Origin: Promethearchaeota archaeon
GTDB lineage: Archaea; Asgardarchaeota; Lokiarchaeia; Sigyniarchaeales; SOKP01
Length of the DNA stretch: 64,000 bases
Reading direction: 5' to 3'
Assembly (NCBI GenBank): GCA_016839555.1
Contig: JAEOUA010000001.1
Coordinates: forward strand, 224,001-288,000
Positions 19,006-28,927 of this stretch are shown here, one piece after another (positions within the stretch are counted from its first letter, which is position 1; the number at the start of each line of letters is the position of its first letter). The translations under genes and the position numbers were made by a program. Under the pieces are notes generated by a model that saw nothing but the letters and a program-made list of their open reading frames with translations, was not told the DNA's origin and did no database searches.

Positions 19006-19621
19006 AGCTTTTACTATCACCCTCTATGTCTTTATTTAAAATTTCAAATTTTTTGACCTGGTAGTATATAGGACGACTTAATCGGTCTACAGTCGCCACA
19101 ATTAATTCTTTACGCGACCCTAGAGCCACCCTTGAGTTTCTATCTAAATCTCTTAATTGAATTGGACTTCCTTCAAACACAGGATAAATTAAATATTTTG
19201 CGGTATCTTTTCTAAAATCCGCACCTCGTTTATAGACCATAAAATCGATACCACCTCCAAAACCCGAGCGTACAATATAGCCCCTCCTTCTTAAGTCCAT
19301 ATAAATTATATATTTTTGCCATAGAAATTCATCATACTGAGAAAAATGGCTTAATAATCCTTCAAAATTATAGAGATCTTTAGTTTTATCATTATTTTCC
19401 CAGAGAAGTATCCTTTGTCGTTCATGGAGCAAGAGAACTTCAACAGGTTCTAAAACTAAAATTGTTTTATTATTTTTTTCTTCAATAATACCTATATAAC
19501 TTTGTTCATAGAATTCATTAATTCCTTCTTGATCTTCTACAAAAACTTTATTATTTTCGATGATGCCCTCTACTTGGATCTTTTCCTCATTATTTTCATT
19601 ATCGTGCTCATTATTAGACAT
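18995..19621 (-). CDS. tRNA-intron endonuclease subunit, probably the non-catalytic/structural type
   Basis: LEPVEVLLL, YMDLRRRGYIVRSG, DFMVYKRG, RVALGSRKELIVA; the usual catalytic Tyr (KYG) reads GGG and the His position reads TA. Confidence 0.82.
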   Translation of the reverse strand: MSNNEHDNENNEEKIQVEGIIENNKVFVEDQEGINEFYEQSYIGIIEEKNNKTILVLEPVEVLLLHERQRILLWENNDKTKDLYNFEGLLSHFSQYDEFLWQKYIIYMDLRRRGYIVRSGFGGGIDFMVYKRGADFRKDTAKYLIYPVFEGSPIQLRDLDRNSRVALGSRKELIVATVDRLSRPIYYQVKKFEILNKDIEGDSKSYGR

Positions 19622-19688
19622 TTCCTAAGTAGAAGAAATATTCTCTCTCTAATGAATTTTATCTTTTTATGTTTATTACCAATTTTCA

Positions 19689-20666
19689 TTAAACTCTCAA
19701 AAATTCTTCTGGTTCGAGACTCGTTGCAAGCATAACTTGGTTTATGTCCTTATATTCGCTCCATTGTTGATAAATAACCCAATAATCAATTATATCTCGT
19801 CCTAAATCCCAATATGAGTGTAATTTTTTCAATTTTTTTAAAGCTTCTAAACCGATCGCCAATCCCAATTCTCGAAATGCGAGTGTATGAGTATTTTTAT
19901 TAAAAAGTTGAAGTCCGTATTTTACAGCATTTAAAATTTTGGAAATAAAATTTGGATTCTCATTCATCTGATGGAGTCGATAAGCATCTACAAGTAATTC
20001 ACCTATCCCCAGAGGATCTGTTGTGGGTAATCTTACAGATTGTGCTAATCTATGAATTTTTGCTATTTGTTCCTTTAAATTTACATCAACATGCTTATCT
20101 ATCACTTTAAAGGTAACATATCCATTTAGGGCATCATTTTGCCCCATAGATGGGATTAAAGGTCTACTAAGATCAATACTCATTTTCCAATACATCCGGT
20201 CATCATGAATAAATGACTCGGACGCTTTCATGAGGTCTACTGCCCATATATTATATTTTTTTTCTTTAGAAACTTCTCCCATTTTAATTAGAGCAATCAT
20301 CCATTTCGTTAGGTAGTGGAAATATTGACCATCCCGCTCCCATTCAAGAAACTCATTTAATTCCTCATTCGGCTTTCTTTCTGGTAACGATTTCCCTATT
20401 CTAAGACCCTTTCTTGTTGGATGGTCTTCATTGGAAAGCCACCCTTCACGATCATCATCTTTCCTATGCTTTCCAAGTATATCATGAACTTGATTTACTA
20501 AATCTATTGCCAATTGCTTATATGAAATATCTTCTGTCTTTTTGTATAATTGAATAAAATTGCATACAGCAAACGCATCTGTCCATAAATATCTCCTTGG
20601 AGGCTTATTGGAACTTAATCCTGTGCTTTCGGCAAATTCCAACATCAGAGTTTCGGCAATACTCAT
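19689..20666 (-). CDS. Conserved hypothetical protein (predicted alpha/alpha toroid, six-hairpin-like)
   Basis: RRYLWTDAFAVCNF, ERDGQYFHYLTKWM, RMYWKMSIDLSRP, LAFRELGLAIGL, DINQVMLATSL. Confidence 0.7.
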   Translation of the reverse strand: MSIAETLMLEFAESTGLSSNKPPRRYLWTDAFAVCNFIQLYKKTEDISYKQLAIDLVNQVHDILGKHRKDDDREGWLSNEDHPTRKGLRIGKSLPERKPNEELNEFLEWERDGQYFHYLTKWMIALIKMGEVSKEKKYNIWAVDLMKASESFIHDDRMYWKMSIDLSRPLIPSMGQNDALNGYVTFKVIDKHVDVNLKEQIAKIHRLAQSVRLPTTDPLGIGELLVDAYRLHQMNENPNFISKILNAVKYGLQLFNKNTHTLAFRELGLAIGLEALKKLKKLHSYWDLGRDIIDYWVIYQQWSEYKDINQVMLATSLEPEEFLRV

Positions 20667-20753
20667 AATTTATGAATGTGAAGGGTAAATTATAAATTTT
20701 GGGAGTTCTTTACTCTTCCCACAATATATCCAAAATTTTAATAAAAAAAATAA

Positions 20754-22631
20754 TTAGTATAAATCTTTTACAACAAAACCTAAATCTAAACTATTTAGTG
20801 TTTCCTCCAGTGGATAGCCATTTTCTGGATTCCAACCCATTTTCTCGCAAAATCCCTTAAAATCAGATTTATAATCAATTTTCTTTCCACGATTAGGACC
20901 TGTTTCAAATGGAGGGTCTCCAACTACCCTTCCTGGCAATTCACTGTTAGCTAATATAACACCTTCTCTCAGCGTAAAAGCTTGTCTTAAATTCTGGATT
21001 CTTAAGCCTTTTTCTAAAATATCATCAATAGAGAGATCCCAACCAACAACTGCTTTAATAATTTCGAGTAAAGGATATGTTTGAAACCAGTAGGTGAAAT
21101 AACACATTCCAAGAGAATTAATACATTGATGGAACGCAGCGCACATCTTCATACCTTCATATCTAGCATCACCAGGTCTTTTAAATCCTCTTGGGAGTTG
21201 AAATTCTTTGACATATTTATTCCTATTCATAAAGCCTGATGATATGAAATGATCTAAACTGGAAGCAGTATGACGGCCTGGTGTTGGATCATACGCGTAA
21301 GTGCGAGCCATTGTGTTAAAAAATTTTGGATCATGCATAGCAAGTACTTGTCCTTTTGAATGCATCGCGAACTTTTCAGATCCTTTTCCTATAGTTTCTG
21401 CTGCTGATTTTGGACCATCTGCCAAAATTTTACCAAATCCTTCGTTATTAATTATTTTTTTAACAATTTCTATTATTGCATCCGTGTTTCCCCAAGTTAA
21501 TTCTATTCCATCGGTATCCTCTTTGTTTATTATTTGATTCTCAAAACATTCAACTGCAAATGCTACGCTCCCTCCAACTGAGATCACATCTAAACCAGCA
21601 CGATTACATAAGTCGTTTAAAATAAATAAGGAAATCAGGTCATCATTTAACAAGAGAGGACCGAAAGCCATGCATGTTTCATATGGAGGAATATGGGTCT
21701 CATCGATGTTTGCCTCCGGCACTTTCATTACAGCCCCACATTGAACTGGGCATGAAAAGCAACCATAATTTCTTACCCGGTATTTATTTATTTCATCCGC
21801 CACAATTTTATTCAATTTTTCCATAGGAAAATCTTCTGGCGTCCCTCCCCAGTTTTTTATTGGAGCATCTCCTGAAATAACAGAAGAAAAATTGAGACAA
21901 GATAATCCAAATTTATTATAAAGATACATCGCACCTGACTCGGCATTTTTAGCGCTAGTGTTATATTCTTTAGTGATTTGAACTAAGGCATTATTATTTG
22001 CTATTGAAAGTTTTTGATCTCCTTTAATTGCCAATGCTTTGAGTTTTTTAGAACCCATTACTGCTCCAAAACCAGATCTTCCAGCAGCTCTCATTTTATC
22101 GTGAATTATACACGATATTAACGAAAGTCTTTCACCAGCAGGACCAATCGCAGCAATTTTTACATTTCTGTGCTTTTCAATTATCTTATCTTCCGTTTCA
22201 TAAATATTTAATCCCCATAATTCATCTGCATCTAAGATTTGCTTATCATTATTGATAATCGTAATATATTTAGGAGTTTCAGCTACCCCCTTAATTAATA
22301 TCCCATCATAGCCACATTTCTTAATTTCTCTACCAAAATATCCACCACAATTAGAATCGCCCCAAGTGCCCGTTAAAGGAGACTTTCCTGCAAGCATAAC
22401 GCGTCCAGTTAGAGGAGCTATTGATCCCGTTAAAAGACCTGGAAAATACCCAATTATGGCATCAGGACCTAGTGCATCCGTTTTTTTAGGCATATTTTCG
22501 TAAATTAATTTTACAGCAAGACCATAACCTCCCAAATATTGCTGATATATCTCGTCTGGTAATTTTTCTTCTCTGAATGTTCCCTCCGATAAATCTATCC
22601 ACAAAATTTTTCCATGATATGCATTAGGCAT
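20754..22631 (-). CDS. aor: Aldehyde:ferredoxin oxidoreductase (W/Mo-pterin) family
   Basis: KSPLTG, SNCGG, IGPAGE, AAGRSGFGAVMGSKKLKA, CFSCPVQC, SLGMC, MGW. Confidence 0.93.
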   Translation of the reverse strand: MPNAYHGKILWIDLSEGTFREEKLPDEIYQQYLGGYGLAVKLIYENMPKKTDALGPDAIIGYFPGLLTGSIAPLTGRVMLAGKSPLTGTWGDSNCGGYFGREIKKCGYDGILIKGVAETPKYITIINNDKQILDADELWGLNIYETEDKIIEKHRNVKIAAIGPAGERLSLISCIIHDKMRAAGRSGFGAVMGSKKLKALAIKGDQKLSIANNNALVQITKEYNTSAKNAESGAMYLYNKFGLSCLNFSSVISGDAPIKNWGGTPEDFPMEKLNKIVADEINKYRVRNYGCFSCPVQCGAVMKVPEANIDETHIPPYETCMAFGPLLLNDDLISLFILNDLCNRAGLDVISVGGSVAFAVECFENQIINKEDTDGIELTWGNTDAIIEIVKKIINNEGFGKILADGPKSAAETIGKGSEKFAMHSKGQVLAMHDPKFFNTMARTYAYDPTPGRHTASSLDHFISSGFMNRNKYVKEFQLPRGFKRPGDARYEGMKMCAAFHQCINSLGMCYFTYWFQTYPLLEIIKAVVGWDLSIDDILEKGLRIQNLRQAFTLREGVILANSELPGRVVGDPPFETGPNRGKKIDYKSDFKGFCEKMGWNPENGYPLEETLNSLDLGFVVKDLY

Positions 22632-22810
22632 TATTTTTATCTAGTTTATTATATTATTATTAATTTATTATTTAGTCCATTTGCCTTAATAAAAGTTATG
22701 TTGAATGCCAATTCGGAATGAATTTAAATAAATGAGATAACATAAAATCTTTCTTATTTTTTAAAATTCTTTATAATACTAACTCTAACCACAAAAGTTA
22801 ATTAAAAATA

Positions 22811-23398
22811 ATGATTAATCCATTTGGTATGGAAGACTTATTTAATAAGCTTAAAAAACGCTTAAAAAACGCTGAAAGGATAGTTTTTATTGGAATTGGC
22901 GAAGTGAAGATGACTGATGATGCTGTGGGACCATATATAATAACGGAACTATTAGATAAAAAAAATGAAAGATTCCTTTTTATTAATGCGGGAATTGACC
23001 CATTAGCTAGAATTGACCAAATAATCGGATTTAAACCATCTCATATAATTATTTTAGACACCTGTACTTTAAATAAGGAACCAGGAACAGTAGCGATAAT
23101 TGAGCGTGAAAATATGACAGATCTGGTCCCAATTTCAACGCATACCATACCTATTCATATTGTGATTGATTATATTATAGAAAAAATACCTAATGTTGAT
23201 ATTTTTATGCTGGGATTCGTTCCTGAAAGCATAGATGGATTTACAATCTTGAAAATGTATGGGGAAGGAAAATATTCTATCCAAGAATTAAATGAAAATG
23301 AGGATCTACCCTTTTTCGGATTTCAATTAACGCCTACCCTTAAAAAAACCGCGAAACGAGTCATAGAAATAATTGAACAATTACTTCAAGTTATTTAA
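22811..23398 (+). CDS. Hydrogenase maturation protease (HycI-like)
   Basis: IGIG..MTDDAVG, IILD, EPGTV, STHTIP. Confidence 0.85.
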   Translation: MINPFGMEDLFNKLKKRLKNAERIVFIGIGEVKMTDDAVGPYIITELLDKKNERFLFINAGIDPLARIDQIIGFKPSHIIILDTCTLNKEPGTVAIIERENMTDLVPISTHTIPIHIVIDYIIEKIPNVDIFMLGFVPESIDGFTILKMYGEGKYSIQELNENEDLPFFGFQLTPTLKKTAKRVIEIIEQLLQVI

Positions 23399-23582
23399 AT
23401 TTTGATTAATATCTAACTATTTTCTATTTTATACCTTAATTGAACTGAGAAGGAAGTTCTTAGAAATTCAACTAATGATTAATTCTCGTATAAAACAAAT
23501 TTCTTTTCTTAAATGGAATATTTTATTTGGTTCTTCTTTTAACAATGATAAAAACTTTTTTACCTTTCTAACTTATTTTTAA

Positions 23583-24407
23583 TCATTTTCCTTTAAATTT
23601 AGGTGGTCGTTTTAATGCAAAAGCTCTTGTTGCTTCTCTGAAATCATGAGTTTTTGTTATTGTTTGATTGTTTGTATTCTCCAAATCCAATATTTTAGTA
23701 AGAATATCTTTAAAATACGTGTGAATAGTTTTTTTCATTAGCTTTATAGCAACACTAGGACCTTTCGGAGGTATTAAACGTAATGCTTGTTCCCTTGCAT
23801 ATGGAATAAGTTGCTCTGCGGGAAGAACTTTATTTACTAACCCTAAAGTTTCAGCTTCCCTTGCGGTGATCTTATCACCAAGATAGAGTAATTCTTTTGC
23901 TTTTTGAAGACCTATTAATCGGGGTAGAATAAAATGTGTACCAAGAATCGGTAAAACGGCATTTCTTATATAATATAATCCCATCCATGCATCCTCGGAC
24001 ATATAAATTAAATCTCCTCCTAAAAGACAAATACTTACTGCAGAACCTATAGCAAGCCCGTTAATGGCAAATATGACAAGCTTGGAGAAGTCCCAAAATT
24101 TAAGAGCTATTTTTTTTTCTGCAACGTCTAAAAAATCAATCTCATTTTTGATTTCTGGTTTAATGTCTTGAAAACTTCCAAAATAATTTCCGGAAGAAAA
24201 CGCATTAGCCTCTTCGCACCCAGTAAATATTAAAACATTAGCATTTTTATCAAGTTCCATATCATTTAAAGCGGTTTCAATTTCTAAGAAAGTGATTTTT
24301 GACATTGCATTTTTTCTTTTTGGAATATTAAGAGTTATTGTACAAATCCCATTTTCTTCTTTATTATATATTATTTCATTAAAATCTTCAATTTGCATAA
24401 TATTCAA
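23583..24407 (-). CDS. Enoyl-CoA hydratase/isomerase (crotonase) family
   Basis: ITLN.P.RKNAM, AFSSG, AINGLAIG, LPRLIG, AETLGLVNKV, DFREA..AF..KRPPKFKG. Confidence 0.9.
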   Translation of the reverse strand: MNIMQIEDFNEIIYNKEENGICTITLNIPKRKNAMSKITFLEIETALNDMELDKNANVLIFTGCEEANAFSSGNYFGSFQDIKPEIKNEIDFLDVAEKKIALKFWDFSKLVIFAINGLAIGSAVSICLLGGDLIYMSEDAWMGLYYIRNAVLPILGTHFILPRLIGLQKAKELLYLGDKITAREAETLGLVNKVLPAEQLIPYAREQALRLIPPKGPSVAIKLMKKTIHTYFKDILTKILDLENTNNQTITKTHDFREATRAFALKRPPKFKGK

Positions 24408-24643
24408 TTCAATTATTTAATTTTTGAAATAAATTAAGATTATCTTTAGTATATTTATAACTTCTCTTTTTATCTATTATTAATTAAATCTTAAAAATTG
24501 AGGAAAATTGATTATCTTCAAAAAACAAAAAAAAATTTTGATAAGACGATAAGAAATTAAAAAAAATACCAAATAAATTCTTTTTATTTTTAGGAAAGTA
24601 ATTTTCTGGAATTCTACTTTGAATAATAAAGATTAAAAAAAAA

Positions 24644-24853
24644 TTAATCATCATTTTCTTCCAATTTTTCATTTTCTCCTAAAGTATTAATATAATCCAC
24701 TATTAAATTTATAGTTTCATTTACTACTTTTTTTTCCTTTTCTTCTAATAATTGTTTGAACGCCTCTAAAAATTTTACTGCTTTCTCTGCATCATGTATT
24801 TTCCTAAGATAATTAGTTCCTTTTTTGTTTAGTGAGCCTCCCCATACAGTCAT
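24644..24853 (-). CDS. Small hypothetical protein
   Basis: 69 aa helical ORF, same direction as the TusA/DsrE genes. Confidence 0.55.
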   Translation of the reverse strand: MTVWGGSLNKKGTNYLRKIHDAEKAVKFLEAFKQLLEEKEKKVVNETINLIVDYINTLGENEKLEENDD

Positions 24854-24927
24854 TTAAGAACAAAATCTATTTGATATGATTATATTTAATTAAGAAGATA
24901 AGATTTTTAAGAGTTTTTATCATAATC

Positions 24928-25155
24928 CTATTGCTTTTCGATCTTTAAATAATAAGTTTTTCCTTGCGTTTTGAATTCTAAAACTTTATCCCCATGAGTT
25001 TCAACATACCTTTGAATATTTTCTCCTGCTTCTGGGAAATCTCCTTCAATTTCAAGAATATCTTTAGGATTCATTTGACTTAATTCTTTTTTTGTTTTTG
25101 CAACAGGCATTGGACAAACCAAGCCTGAGCAATCTAACTTTTTAGATTCCGGCAT
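24928..25155 (-). CDS. tusA: TusA/SirA-family sulfur carrier
   Basis: LDCSGLVCPMPV motif; GAGGTG RBS. Confidence 0.9.
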   Translation of the reverse strand: MPESKKLDCSGLVCPMPVAKTKKELSQMNPKDILEIEGDFPEAGENIQRYVETHGDKVLEFKTQGKTYYLKIEKQ

Positions 25156-25169
25156 TTTTTCACCTCATT

Positions 25170-25538
25170 TCATGCAAAAAGTATCTTGTCTGCTTCCTTA
25201 CACATTTCTAAGAAACCATGCATTGTTGTGGGGGTGCATCCCTCCATTAATTCATCTTCCTTCATTCCACGAGCTTTCATACATACACCACAGACTAAAA
25301 CTTTTGCACCTTCTTCAATAACGTTTGCAAGCCACTGTCCCACATTATCATAAGTTGTGGGGTCTTGATTTTTATGTCCTACCCATATTCCATCTTCAAC
25401 GAGAAAAATATTTATCTTATGTCCATCCAACAGAGCAGTGTAAGCAAATCTGAGCATAGTATAGGGTCTCTCTGTGGTGTATTGTCCAGATCCGATGGCG
25501 ATTGTGAATGTTAACTGTTTATCAGACAAATTTTTCAA
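25170..25538 (-). CDS. DsrE/TusD-family sulfurtransferase
   Basis: IFLVEDG, VCGVCMKARG; directly upstream of tusA. Confidence 0.88.
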   Translation of the reverse strand: MKNLSDKQLTFTIAIGSGQYTTERPYTMLRFAYTALLDGHKINIFLVEDGIWVGHKNQDPTTYDNVGQWLANVIEEGAKVLVCGVCMKARGMKEDELMEGCTPTTMHGFLEMCKEADKILFA

Positions 25539-25702
25539 CCTAATTCAATTTAATTGTTTATTATTAAGAAGGATAATATTAAATATTTATTAACCTTTTC
25601 GCTAATTTTTATTAATATAATCGATAAATAGCCAATAATTTACAAAAATTGTTTTTTTAATGAAGAGAAATTTATTTAAATAATTACATTGAAGGATTTA
25701 AT

Positions 25703-26524
25703 ATGAAAGAAAAAGAACTGAAAAACAAAATAGCGATTATTACTGGCGCTGCAGGAGGAATTGGAAAAGAAGTCGTCAAACTCTTTGACGAAAAAGGAAT
25801 AAAATTAGTCTTGACAGATGTTAATTTAGAGCCTCTAAAAGAATTAGAAAAGGAATTACACCAAGAGCCTCTCTTTATTTCTTGTGATATTAGAAACTTA
25901 GATGAAATTAAAGCTGTAATTTCAAAAGCAATTCAAACACACGGGAAAATCGATATTTTGGTAAATACTGTTGGAATTATTATCCCCTCTCTTTTTGAAA
26001 ATACTACTTATGAGGATATTCATAAACAAATTGATATAAATCTAATTGGCACTATTCAATTTACTAAAGAAATAATTCCTTTTATGAAGAAAGGTGGTGG
26101 AGGGAATATTGTAACTATCTCATCTTTAGCGGGAATCGTCCCTGAGACACATAGCTCAATTTATACAGCTAGCAAATTCGCATTACGAGGATTAAATTGG
26201 ACTTTGAATTTGGAATTAGAAGATCATGATATTTTTGTTTCAACAATTTTCCCCGATTCCGTCGACACTCCAATGCTCGAATATGAGGCTAAACATGGAG
26301 GTTCGCCTTTAACTTTCCTTCATGACCCAGTAGATCCTCAAAAAGTGGCGGAGGGAATTCTTAAAGCAATTTTAAAAAAGAAAGTGGAAGTATGTGTGCC
26401 GCATTCTGAGGGAATACTTTCAAAAATAATTATGTGTCTCCCAAGTCAAGTGAAGAGACTCTGGCCTAAATATGAAAAGAAGGGAGAAAAGAAACGAGAA
26501 GAATATCTAAAGAATTTAGATTAG
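25703..26524 (+). CDS. Short-chain dehydrogenase/reductase
   Basis: TGAAGGIG, IDILVN, ISSLAG, YTASK. Confidence 0.93.
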   Translation: MKEKELKNKIAIITGAAGGIGKEVVKLFDEKGIKLVLTDVNLEPLKELEKELHQEPLFISCDIRNLDEIKAVISKAIQTHGKIDILVNTVGIIIPSLFENTTYEDIHKQIDINLIGTIQFTKEIIPFMKKGGGGNIVTISSLAGIVPETHSSIYTASKFALRGLNWTLNLELEDHDIFVSTIFPDSVDTPMLEYEAKHGGSPLTFLHDPVDPQKVAEGILKAILKKKVEVCVPHSEGILSKIIMCLPSQVKRLWPKYEKKGEKKREEYLKNLD

Positions 26525-26527
26525 ACA

Positions 26528-26776
26528 TTACAATTTTTTATTAATTTTATCGAGGCTAATAGTTGCTTTATAATCAGAAAGAGTAGAATCGAAAGAAAAT
26601 CTGGCAGACGATAATAATTTTATTACATTTTTTTTAATCTTTTCTGAATACTCTGAATTAAGGAACTAACTACAGGGGAAATCAAAAACATAATAAAATG
26701 AATTAGTTTTTGAAGTTGGTTTTTTAGACACGAATTTTCCAACGGTTTATGAACAAATGCTTCAAAAAGAGAAAAT
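26528..26776 (-). pseudogene. Dead copy of the 3' end of the 27608..28912 gene
   Basis: 26521-26780 aligns without gaps to 27601-27860 (offset 1080; 52 mismatches in 260 nt by hand count, ~80%); translates IFSF*SICS*TVGKFVSKK...FDFPCS*FLNSEYSEKIKKNVIKLLSSARFSFDSTLSDY...KKL* with three internal stops. Confidence 0.9.
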
Positions 26777-26842
26777 TTTTCTATCTAAGTTCTTTTCAAG
26801 ATGATATTAATATATTTTAATAAATATTATAAAAATATCAAT

Positions 26843-27604
26843 ATGAAATCAGAAGTATATAAAAATATCAACAATATTAAGCTCCGAATGCGGATATTTG
26901 AGTCTAAAGATAGCGTATCAGAAGATTTAAAAGGAGCACTCATATTTCTCCAAGGATCTGGAGGTGCACAATTTTTTCCTCAATGCAAGTACTTTGCAAA
27001 GAGAGGTATGGTAACTCTTACAGCACAATTTCGTGTGCCAATCAGACATAAGAAATTTTGGCCATATTTTGAGAGTATTTCTGATGGAAAATCTGCCATT
27101 CGCTATATTAGAAGTAATGCTTCGAGATTTAATATTGATCCAAATAAAATTGCTGTTTCTGGTGCCTCTCAAGGCTCAATTTACGCATTAGGGTCCGCCT
27201 TAATCAAAGGTTTAGAATCTAAGGGTGAAGATCTTAATATTAGTTCAGAACCGAATGCTTTAATATTACTCAGTACGCCAATTCCATATTGGAAATTTAT
27301 TATTGATTACATTCATAAACGAAGACCCAATGAAATAACCCCTATACATCACATTAAAGAAGAACTCCCTCCTACAATTCTCATTCATTCTATCGAAGAT
27401 GCTATCGAAGATGTTAAGAAATTTACACGGAAAATGAAAGATTTAGGTGATGATTGCGAATTATTTTCATTCGAAGGTAAAGAACATGGATTTATCAAGC
27501 GTGGAAGGTCTGATGATGGGAAGTATGACAATAACCCTTATGAAAAATCACTCGTTATAATAGATAAATTCCTTTCAAGATTAGGTTATCTTATTGTGGC
27601 GTAG
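26843..27604 (+). CDS. Alpha/beta hydrolase (HSL-like esterase), possibly degenerating
   Basis: IDPNKIAVSGASQG nucleophile elbow, PPTILIH, GKEHGF; HGGG oxyanion motif absent; ORF track start is 26801, ATG 26843 preferred. Confidence 0.75.
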   Translation: MKSEVYKNINNIKLRMRIFESKDSVSEDLKGALIFLQGSGGAQFFPQCKYFAKRGMVTLTAQFRVPIRHKKFWPYFESISDGKSAIRYIRSNASRFNIDPNKIAVSGASQGSIYALGSALIKGLESKGEDLNISSEPNALILLSTPIPYWKFIIDYIHKRRPNEITPIHHIKEELPPTILIHSIEDAIEDVKKFTRKMKDLGDDCELFSFEGKEHGFIKRGRSDDGKYDNNPYEKSLVIIDKFLSRLGYLIVA

Positions 27605-27607
27605 ATA

Positions 27608-28912
27608 CTAAAATTTTTTTTTAATTTTATCAAAACTAATATCCACTATATAATCAGAAAGAGTAGAATCAAAAGAAAATGTAGCAGAGGATAATACTTT
27701 TATCACATTTCTTTTAATCTTTTCTATATAATCTGAATTAAAGAACCAACTACGAGGGAAATCGAAAACATAATAAAATAAATTAAATTTAGAATTAGGA
27801 TTCTTAGATAAAAATTTTCCAACAATCTGAGAACAAGCGCTCCAGAAAGAAAAAATATCACCTTGAACTAAAGTAGATTCATTTACAGGCTCTCGGCGAA
27901 ACTCTTTCATAGATAAAATCATCATCAACGGCAAAGTGTATTTAAATTGAATTCTGGGGTGTTCATCTCCTAAAGAACTTTGAAATTGTTTCCAATCCGT
28001 TCCAATAAGAGCAAGACCTTCCTCAATTTTTGAATAATAAAAATTTTCCGTTAAATATGGTTTCACAGTAATAAATTGAAAAATTCTTAAGGAGCATGCG
28101 ATCCTCCATTTTAAATTCTGAGTATCTAATTGGAATAAAGATTTTTCAAGATATTTCTTCTGTGATTCTTCTTTTTTAACTTTGAAGCAATGTGTAAATA
28201 CCTCAGTTAAATTTGCACATATTTCATCATAATAATAGAAATAATGATCATAAATCTGGGAGTAATTATATCCCCATATATCAACGAACGTAAAGACTTT
28301 TAATGTTTTAAATAAGATTTGAATATGATAATCAGAAATTGGTTTATTATCATCTTTTAAATCAGAATAGAGCGCGATACTTCCATAATAACTGCTCTCT
28401 CCCGTAAAAATTGTACCGATTAGTAAATGATGCTTAATTGAGATTAAGATCAATTTTTTAATAATTTTAGAGAGATTAAAGCGGTCTAAAAAGTGGTGTT
28501 CTCTGATAAGTTTTTCTGATTCAATAGTATGCCACGTTCTATTAAAGGGACGACTAAGATCATGATATAATAAAATAAGTGGAAAATAAAGAGGCTGGAA
28601 TTCATATAATTCTTCCAATTGATTTCTTAAAATTATTATATTATTTTTATTGATGTCTTTTTCAAATTGATTATTGATGATTGAAAAATAGTTATAAAGA
28701 GCGTGAAAAGTATGTCGTAAAGTTCTAAATGCCTCATATTTATCTTGCTCTATCCCTTTTATCACAAAATCAAACCATTTTGGGAAGAGAATAGAGAGCT
28801 GTTTCACCTCTTCTGAATTAATTAGATCCGTCTCTGATATTTGCCAAATATTTAAGTTAGATTCTATAAAAATCTTTTCTAGTTTCTGATAGTAATTTTT
28901 TTCTAATTCCAT
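27608..28912 (-). CDS. HD-domain protein (GlnD-type HD spacing)
   Basis: LRHT...LLYHDLSRP...WH...IKHHL...FVDIWG. Confidence 0.6.
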   Translation of the reverse strand: MELEKNYYQKLEKIFIESNLNIWQISETDLINSEEVKQLSILFPKWFDFVIKGIEQDKYEAFRTLRHTFHALYNYFSIINNQFEKDINKNNIIILRNQLEELYEFQPLYFPLILLYHDLSRPFNRTWHTIESEKLIREHHFLDRFNLSKIIKKLILISIKHHLLIGTIFTGESSYYGSIALYSDLKDDNKPISDYHIQILFKTLKVFTFVDIWGYNYSQIYDHYFYYYDEICANLTEVFTHCFKVKKEESQKKYLEKSLFQLDTQNLKWRIACSLRIFQFITVKPYLTENFYYSKIEEGLALIGTDWKQFQSSLGDEHPRIQFKYTLPLMMILSMKEFRREPVNESTLVQGDIFSFWSACSQIVGKFLSKNPNSKFNLFYYVFDFPRSWFFNSDYIEKIKRNVIKVLSSATFSFDSTLSDYIVDISFDKIKKKF

Positions 28913-28927
28913 TATAAGCGTTTTAAA

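Noticed and set aside
24560-24600. Possible third remnant: KIPNKFFLFLG resembling KIPNVDIFMLG of the HycI-like gene, beyond the crotonase gene
   Set aside because: Only ~11 codons of weak similarity in very AT-rich DNA, and it does not extend to the stop codon; cannot be separated from chance by eye.
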